Assembly: GCA_023145435.1 (NCBI GenBank)
Contig: JAGLDS010000006.1
Span: forward strand, 19,355 to 83,354
Origin: Clostridiales bacterium
GTDB taxonomy: Bacteria > Bacillota > Clostridia > DUPQ01
Direction of reading: 5' to 3'
Length of the DNA stretch: 64,000 bases
The position numbers were made by a program, and so were the translations under genes. A model generated the notes under the pieces. It ran no database searches. It saw nothing but the letters and a program-made list of their open reading frames with translations, and had not been told where the DNA came from. Below, piece after piece: positions 58,230 through 64,000 of the stretch (position 1 is its first letter; each line of letters starts with the position of its first letter).

Positions 58230-60227
58230 ATGAGTAAAAATGAAAATAATAATTATATTAATGTTAAAAAGAAAAAAGGGAATATTATAAATATAATATT
58301 TATTTTGATTAGTGTGTTTTTTGTAATTACATTATTTTTATTAAACCAATATGTTTCAGCTACAACTTGGAAATTAATTGAATATATTACTATTGTATTA
58401 TTATATGTTTTAGCTGTTGTTTTTCTTTTTCTACTTAAAAATATGAACAAAAACCGTAAATTAATAAATGACGAAAAACAAACATACCAAGCGTTACTAA
58501 ATGAAATGCAACAAGGATTAGCACTTCACGAAATAATAACTGATGAGAATAATAAGCCAATTGATTATCGTTATTTAGGGGTAAACCCTAAATTTGAAAG
58601 TATGCTAGGAATAAGAGCAGAAGAGATTATTGGAAAAACGGTATTAGAAGTTTTTCCAGCAACTGAAAAAATATGGATTACTGAATATGGAGAAGTTGCA
58701 TTAACAGGAAAAGCTAAAAAAGTAAAAAATTACTTTTCTACTACTAATAAATATTATGAAGTGTATGCTTATAGTCCAAGGATTGGACAATTTGCTACGC
58801 TTATCTATGATGTAACGGATTCAAAGGTAGCTGCTAAGCAATTATATGAAGAAAAAGCATTGCTAAAAACAACATTGATTTCAGTTGGTGATGGTGTTAT
58901 TACAACAGATAGATATCAACGTATTACATTAATAAATAAAGTAGCTCAATTACTAACAGGTTATTCACTAAAAGAAGCTAAAGGAAAGTTACTACTTGAA
59001 GTCTTCCAACCAATTACTGAAACAACAAAAGTATGCTGTAAAGATAAAATTAGAAATATTTACTCAAAAGGTCAACCCCATGAATTTACAGAAAACATTT
59101 TACTTGTTTCAAAAAATGGGATTGAATTTCCAATTGAAGGGATTATAACACCAATAAAAGAAAGTAGTGGTGTAATTAATGGGGCTGTAGTAGTTTTTAG
59201 AGATTATTCAGAACGTAAAGAAAAACAAGATAAAATTGAATATTTAAGTTTTCATGATAAGTTAACAGGATTATATAATCGTAGATTTTTTGATGAAGAA
59301 TGTCTACGATTAGATACTAAAAGAAATTATCCTTTATCAGTTGTTATGGCTGATGTTAATGGGTTAAAATTACTAAATGATGCATATGGTCATGTAAGTG
59401 GAGACGAATTGCTTATTACTTTTGCTACAATTCTAAAAGAACATATGAGAGCTGATGATATTGTTAGTAGAGTAGGTGGAGATGAGTTTGTTCTTTTATT
59501 GCCAAGTACAAAAGAAGAAGAAGCTAATGAAATTATTAACAGAATAAAAGAGAAACTTAGTACTAAGAGAATATGTAATATTCCAATATCCGTAGCTTTT
59601 GGTTGCCACACAAAAACAGAAGAAAAAACAGAATTTTCCATGATTTATCAACAAGCAGAAATTAATATGTATAAAAATAAATTAAAAGAAAGTGAAAGCT
59701 TAAAAAAAGAAGTAGTAGGGGAAATAATAAAAGAACTTCATAATAAGTTTCCTAAAGAAAAAGCACACTCAAAAGAGGTAGCCACATTGTGTGAAAAATT
59801 TGGTAAAGTATTAGAATTAAATGAAACAGAAATTAATAAGCTATATCAATTAGGGTATTATCATAATATTGGTAACATTAGTAACTTAAATAATTCACTA
59901 TCTAAAAAAACTAAAACCAATAAAGAGTTATATACAGAAACCGCATATCAAATTTTACGATCAGTTAATGAATATGCTGATATTTCAAATATTGTTTTAC
60001 AGCATAATGAAAGATGGGATGGTCTTGGATTGCCAAGGGGACTATACAAAGAAAAAATCACTATACAAGCTAGAATTCTAGCAATTGTTAATGCATATAA
60101 TAATATGATTATTGGTAAAGGAATTAAGCAACTATCAAAAGAAAAAGCTTTACTCCAAATACATAAAGATAGCAAGACGTTGTATGATCCAACCTTAGTA
60201 GATATTTTTATTAATAAGGTGATATAA
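58230..60227 (+). CDS. Membrane-bound PAS-PAS-GGDEF diguanylate cyclase with degenerate HD-GYP domain
   Basis: Two TM segments, two PAS domains, DKLTGLYNR, RADD I-site, RVGGDEF; HD-GYP region reads HNIG and HNERWDGLGLP. Confidence 0.88.
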   Translation: MSKNENNNYINVKKKKGNIINIIFILISVFFVITLFLLNQYVSATTWKLIEYITIVLLYVLAVVFLFLLKNMNKNRKLINDEKQTYQALLNEMQQGLALHEIITDENNKPIDYRYLGVNPKFESMLGIRAEEIIGKTVLEVFPATEKIWITEYGEVALTGKAKKVKNYFSTTNKYYEVYAYSPRIGQFATLIYDVTDSKVAAKQLYEEKALLKTTLISVGDGVITTDRYQRITLINKVAQLLTGYSLKEAKGKLLLEVFQPITETTKVCCKDKIRNIYSKGQPHEFTENILLVSKNGIEFPIEGIITPIKESSGVINGAVVVFRDYSERKEKQDKIEYLSFHDKLTGLYNRRFFDEECLRLDTKRNYPLSVVMADVNGLKLLNDAYGHVSGDELLITFATILKEHMRADDIVSRVGGDEFVLLLPSTKEEEANEIINRIKEKLSTKRICNIPISVAFGCHTKTEEKTEFSMIYQQAEINMYKNKLKESESLKKEVVGEIIKELHNKFPKEKAHSKEVATLCEKFGKVLELNETEINKLYQLGYYHNIGNISNLNNSLSKKTKTNKELYTETAYQILRSVNEYADISNIVLQHNERWDGLGLPRGLYKEKITIQARILAIVNAYNNMIIGKGIKQLSKEKALLQIHKDSKTLYDPTLVDIFINKVI

Positions 60228-60259
60228 TTTAATACCATAATAATTATATGTAAAAAGTA

Positions 60260-60288
60260 TTGATATTTATTTAACCATTTGCTATGAT
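60260..60288 (+). promoter_or_regulatory. Sigma-A promoter
   Basis: TTGATA-N17-TATGAT with extended TG. Confidence 0.65.
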
Positions 60289-60296
60289 AAAAAAAG

Positions 60297-60377
60297 CTGA
60301 TATTCACATAAGTGAAGTCAGACTATAAATATATTACTCAATTATATAAATCGAGCGGTATCCACATAGTGGAACTG
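60297..60377 (+). promoter_or_regulatory. Twin bulged-hairpin 5' leader element
   Basis: CTGAT-A-TTCAC ataa GTGAA-GTCAG (60297-60321) and CGGT-A-TCCAC ata GTGGA-ACTG (60356-60377). Confidence 0.6.
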
Positions 60378-60391
60378 AAACGGAGGTAATT

Positions 60392-61171
60392 ATGGAAAGA
60401 GTATCAACAAAAACCAGAAAAATGGTATTATCAGCAATTTTAAGTGGAATTATTATAGTTTTAGGTGTTACCCAGATAGGGTTTATTCCTATTGGCCCAA
60501 TTAGAGCTACTATTTTGCATATTCCAGTTATTATAGGGGCTATTTTTGGCGGACCAATTGTGGGAGCAGTAGTAGGATTGTCTTTTGGTGTTATGTCTTT
60601 TTTACAAGCGCCAACAGATCCAACATTTGCACCAATTTGGGCTATTGGGGGTTTAAGAGAAATTTTGTTAATTGGAGTAACAGCTATTGTACCTAGAGTA
60701 TTAATTGGTATTGTAAGTGCTTATGTATTTAAATTAATAAAAAAAACCAGCAAGAAAACAGCTACTATTATATTTTTGATTATTCAAGTAGCAGCGTTTG
60801 GATTTACTATTTATAACCTAATTAAAAACATTCAACAAGGAGAGGCTTACTGGGCATACATATTAATTGCCATTGCTATTTTAATTTTGGTCTTTGTAGT
60901 TTTTAAGAATGTTGGTAAATATAATATGCAAGTTGTTATGTCTACTATAGCTGGAACATTAACAAATACTATTTTGTTTATATTCCTAGCATATAACTTT
61001 TTTAAGTATGATTTTGCAATAGCTTTTAATTTAGATGTACAAACTATTAAAAATTTATGGCTTACAGCTGGTGTAACAAACGGATTACCAGAATTATTAG
61101 TATCTATTGTTTTAATTAACTATATTGCCATTGGGTTATTTGCTATACAAAAAGGAAAAACCCTAGAATAG
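60392..61171 (+). CDS. ECF transporter S component, PanT-like
   Basis: GFIPIGPIRATILHIPVIIGA, VPRVLIG, GTLTNT, NGLPE. Confidence 0.8.
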   Translation: MERVSTKTRKMVLSAILSGIIIVLGVTQIGFIPIGPIRATILHIPVIIGAIFGGPIVGAVVGLSFGVMSFLQAPTDPTFAPIWAIGGLREILLIGVTAIVPRVLIGIVSAYVFKLIKKTSKKTATIIFLIIQVAAFGFTIYNLIKNIQQGEAYWAYILIAIAILILVFVVFKNVGKYNMQVVMSTIAGTLTNTILFIFLAYNFFKYDFAIAFNLDVQTIKNLWLTAGVTNGLPELLVSIVLINYIAIGLFAIQKGKTLE

Positions 61172-61196
61172 TAAAATTAATTAAATAAATAACAGT

Positions 61197-61227
61197 AAAA
61201 AAACAAGACTACATCGTCTTGTTTTTT
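61197..61227 (+). terminator. Intrinsic terminator
   Basis: AAAAAACAAGAC-tacatc-GTCTTGTTTTTT. Confidence 0.85.
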
Positions 61228-61313
61228 GTCATAAGAGGGATTATGATTATTAATAGTTATATTAATATTATAGTCAAAATATATGAACTAATTATTACGA
61301 AAGTGTAAACATT

Positions 61314-62114
61314 ATGTTAACAAATGTTGTTGCAGGTATTATTACCAAGGAAGAAAAAGTATATATATTTAAAAGGCGTGATAAGTCTTATAATGGGCTA
61401 TATGAATTTCCAGGAGGAAAAGTAGAAAATAACGAATCGTTTTCACAAGCACTTAAGCGAGAATTATATGAAGAATTAGCTATTAAAACAGGTGACACTA
61501 CTCATGTTTTAACATCTAAAAACGAGAAAATTTTTCTACATGTATTTATTGTAAATGACTATGAAGGATCAATTACTTTATTAGAACATAATAATTTAAA
61601 ACTAGTTAACCAAGATGAAATATATAATTACCCATTAATAAAAATTGATAAAAAAGTCATTACTTTATGTTTTAAAGATGAATATCTAATTATGGATACA
61701 CCTTTTGGTAATTTAAAAATAACAGGTAATTGTATTAATATAACATCAATTACCTTTACAGATGAACCTTTAAAAATAACAACAAATTTTCAATTACTAG
61801 AAGCTAGAAAACAATTAAATGAATATTTTATAAAAAAAAGATCTATATTTAAATTACCTTTGTTTATAAGAGGAACAATTTTTCAAAGAAAAATTTGGGA
61901 TGAAACCTTAAAAATTGCATATGGTCACACAAAAACTTATGGAGAATTAGCATCTGGAGCACAAGCTGTAGGTAATGCATTAGGTAGTAACAAATTTGTA
62001 ATTGTTATACCTTGCCATAGAGTGGTAGCTAAAAATAACATTGGTGGTTATAACGGAGGAGTAAAAAGAAAAATAAAGTTATTAGAGCTAGAAAGTAGTT
62101 ATATCCATCCTTGA
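61314..62114 (+). CDS. MutT-like NUDIX domain fused to methylated-DNA-protein-cysteine methyltransferase
   Basis: YEFPGGKVE..ALKRELYEEL, then GTIFQRKIW, TYGELA, AVGNALG, IPCHRVV. Confidence 0.85.
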   Translation: MLTNVVAGIITKEEKVYIFKRRDKSYNGLYEFPGGKVENNESFSQALKRELYEELAIKTGDTTHVLTSKNEKIFLHVFIVNDYEGSITLLEHNNLKLVNQDEIYNYPLIKIDKKVITLCFKDEYLIMDTPFGNLKITGNCINITSITFTDEPLKITTNFQLLEARKQLNEYFIKKRSIFKLPLFIRGTIFQRKIWDETLKIAYGHTKTYGELASGAQAVGNALGSNKFVIVIPCHRVVAKNNIGGYNGGVKRKIKLLELESSYIHP

Positions 62115-62881
62115 TTTTTCCCAATAACTACTAGGTCTCCAATTGTACTATTTTCTTTTAATCGCTTTTCTCTAATAAAATTACTAGCATCTAATAAAGA
62201 ATCATAACGACCAGCATCAAAATATATTAATTGGCTACATTGTTTAATCACTAATTGATTATTATTAAGATACATTTTATTAACATCAGTAATTTCTAAT
62301 TCACCTCGTTTAGAAGGTTGGATTTTTTTAGAAAAAGATACACATTGATTATCATAAAAATAAATACCAGGAATAATATGATTACTAGATGAATTAATTG
62401 GTTTTTCCTCAATTGAGACAATATTATTATTTTTATCAAAAGTTGCTACACCAAAATATTTAGGATGTGGATGGTAACAAGAGATTAATAAGCAATTTGT
62501 TAGTTCCTTTGCATAGGTCGCAATATCTAAAGCTAGTGTGGGTGAATATAAAATGGTATCACCTAATACAAGGCAAACATCACTATTACCTATAAATTCT
62601 TCGCCTAAGAGCAATGCTTGAGCAATACCATTTGGGCTTGATTGAATCATATAAGTAAGAGTTATCCCAAAAGAATTACCGTTACCAAGAATACGTTTAT
62701 AATCGTTTAAGTATTCTTGGTCAGTAATAACTAATATTTCGCTTATACCTGCATACATAAGTAAAGAAAGAGAATAATAAATCATAGGTTTATCATATAC
62801 AGGCAATAAGTGCTTAGTAATGATTTTTGTTATTGGATGTAATCTAGTGGCTTTACCACCTGCTAATAGTATTCCCTTCAT
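62099..62881 (-). CDS. RmlA-like sugar-1-phosphate nucleotidyltransferase
   Basis: GILLAGGKATRLHP, LPVYDKPMIYY, EEKP, SKRGELEITD. Confidence 0.85.
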   Translation of the reverse strand: MKGILLAGGKATRLHPITKIITKHLLPVYDKPMIYYSLSLLMYAGISEILVITDQEYLNDYKRILGNGNSFGITLTYMIQSSPNGIAQALLLGEEFIGNSDVCLVLGDTILYSPTLALDIATYAKELTNCLLISCYHPHPKYFGVATFDKNNNIVSIEEKPINSSSNHIIPGIYFYDNQCVSFSKKIQPSKRGELEITDVNKMYLNNNQLVIKQCSQLIYFDAGRYDSLLDASNFIREKRLKENSTIGDLVVIGKNQGWI

Positions 62882-62887
62882 AGTTTA

Positions 62888-63934
62888 TCAATCTTTCTTA
62901 ATTATTATTTCATAACAACCATATCCTAAATGAGATAAGTATTGCAACAAATATTGTTGACTCTCATAATTCTTAGCTATGAATTGAGCGCTTCCGTCAC
63001 CATGGGAACCTACTCCTTTTCCTCCATAAGTATAATTAATAATAGTTTTATCACCTAAAAGTTTGTGTAATATAACTGATCGTAATTGCTCATGGGAAAA
63101 AGGTGTAACAAATTTATCAAAATCTTTTTGATGAGCATTCATTAATTGCCCTAGAGCAAGAGCATTTCCCTTTTTAATACATGAAATAGCTTTTTTTACA
63201 TAAATTTGGTTTCCCTTACCTAAAAAATAATGTAAATCTTTCTCATTTTTGTTGTTTGGAAAGGGATAAGCTATTTGCAAATCATTTAAAATCTTTTTTG
63301 TGTCTTTTTCTCCTAACAAATCAACTAAAACTAAATAAATTGGTTTTGAATGTTTTATTTTTGAAAATGTAACATTTTCATTATTAAAAGTAGTTAATAG
63401 CAAAGGATAATCATAAGCACTGGAAAAATCCATTTTTCCACAATGTGACCCTGTTTGTAATTCACATTGAAAAGCAATTGAAGTTTGTTTTTCAATAGAA
63501 AGTTTAAGATTATATACCATGTTATATGCTTTAACACATAATAATGAAAAACTAGCACTTGATGCTAAGCCTTTTTTAACAGGTAGAGTAGTAATATCAT
63601 TATTTATAGTAATTCCACCTGTATCATAGTGGGTTATCATGTAAAGACATACTGAGGCTGCATATGAAAAGAAAGTTGACGATGTTACTAAAGGTTTTAA
63701 AGAAGAAATATCAGCTTCACAATCTAAGTGATAGATTAATTTATTTAAATCTTGACCGACGGTAGATGTGATATGAATATCTTGGCTTTTAGAAATTTTT
63801 GCATGAATTCCTTGTTGTAATAATAGTAAAAGTGCTTGTCCATTTGGGATGTTAAGATTATCTTTTTGATAAAGACTAGTCCAATCGGAGTGTTCGCCAA
63901 AAAGACATAATCTACCAGGTATAAATAATTCCAT
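62888..63934 (-). CDS. GHMP-family sugar kinase
   Basis: PGRLCLFGEHSD, PVKKGLASSA, CGKMD, GGKGVGSHGDG. Confidence 0.82.
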   Translation of the reverse strand: MELFIPGRLCLFGEHSDWTSLYQKDNLNIPNGQALLLLLQQGIHAKISKSQDIHITSTVGQDLNKLIYHLDCEADISSLKPLVTSSTFFSYAASVCLYMITHYDTGGITINNDITTLPVKKGLASSASFSLLCVKAYNMVYNLKLSIEKQTSIAFQCELQTGSHCGKMDFSSAYDYPLLLTTFNNENVTFSKIKHSKPIYLVLVDLLGEKDTKKILNDLQIAYPFPNNKNEKDLHYFLGKGNQIYVKKAISCIKKGNALALGQLMNAHQKDFDKFVTPFSHEQLRSVILHKLLGDKTIINYTYGGKGVGSHGDGSAQFIAKNYESQQYLLQYLSHLGYGCYEIIIKKD

Positions 63935-63938
63935 ATTA

Positions 63939-64000
63939 TTACAAAAACCTCCTATTTATCCAAACAATCATATCTCCTGGTGCTCTATTGGCAAATAGAG
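63939..64000 (-). CDS. 3' end of an upstream gene, possibly a GH127-family glycoside hydrolase
   Basis: Reads ...LFANRAPGDMIVWINRRFL*, similar to the ANR-G-G-M-VW terminus of GH127 enzymes; only 19 codons visible. Confidence 0.45.
   Translation of the reverse strand, partial: LFANRAPGDMIVWINRRFL

Noticed and set aside
725-60307. Numerous 60-136 aa ORFs overlapping larger genes on the opposite strand or in another frame
   Set aside because: They lie within well-supported genes and show no family motifs.
60358-60366. GTATCCACA as an isolated DnaA box
   Set aside because: Single one-mismatch hit better explained as part of the twin-hairpin leader.

Overview
AT-rich, gene-dense chromosomal segment from a low-GC Firmicute (Clostridia-like gene content; standard genetic code). 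From left to right: nadA(partial)-nadB-nadC; an intergenic cluster of about 8 DnaA boxes; an S-layer-type protein; two secreted TolC/OEP-like helical proteins; walR-walK-yycH-yycI; kbl; a tandem glycine riboswitch ahead of gcvT-H-PA-PB; a minus-strand three-gene cassette (PqqD/RRE protein with a lasso-leader-like tail, HPr-kinase-like/double-GT2 fusion, nucleotidyltransferase); two paralogous BNR/sialidase-like genes; ccdA-tlpA-msrAB with a YesMN-type two-component system; gpsA; a two-part permease; gltBD; pyruvate:ferredoxin oxidoreductase; an ABC exporter; walJ-rlmH; a PAS-GGDEF-degenerate HD-GYP protein; a PanT-like ECF S component with a twin-hairpin leader; a MutT-Ogt fusion; and an RmlA-like/GHMP kinase pair. 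No rRNA, tRNA, CRISPR array, transposase or integrase was recognised. The best candidate for an undescribed system is the RRE-leader fusion cassette at 19397-23290. All calls come from motif reading by eye; no database searches were run.
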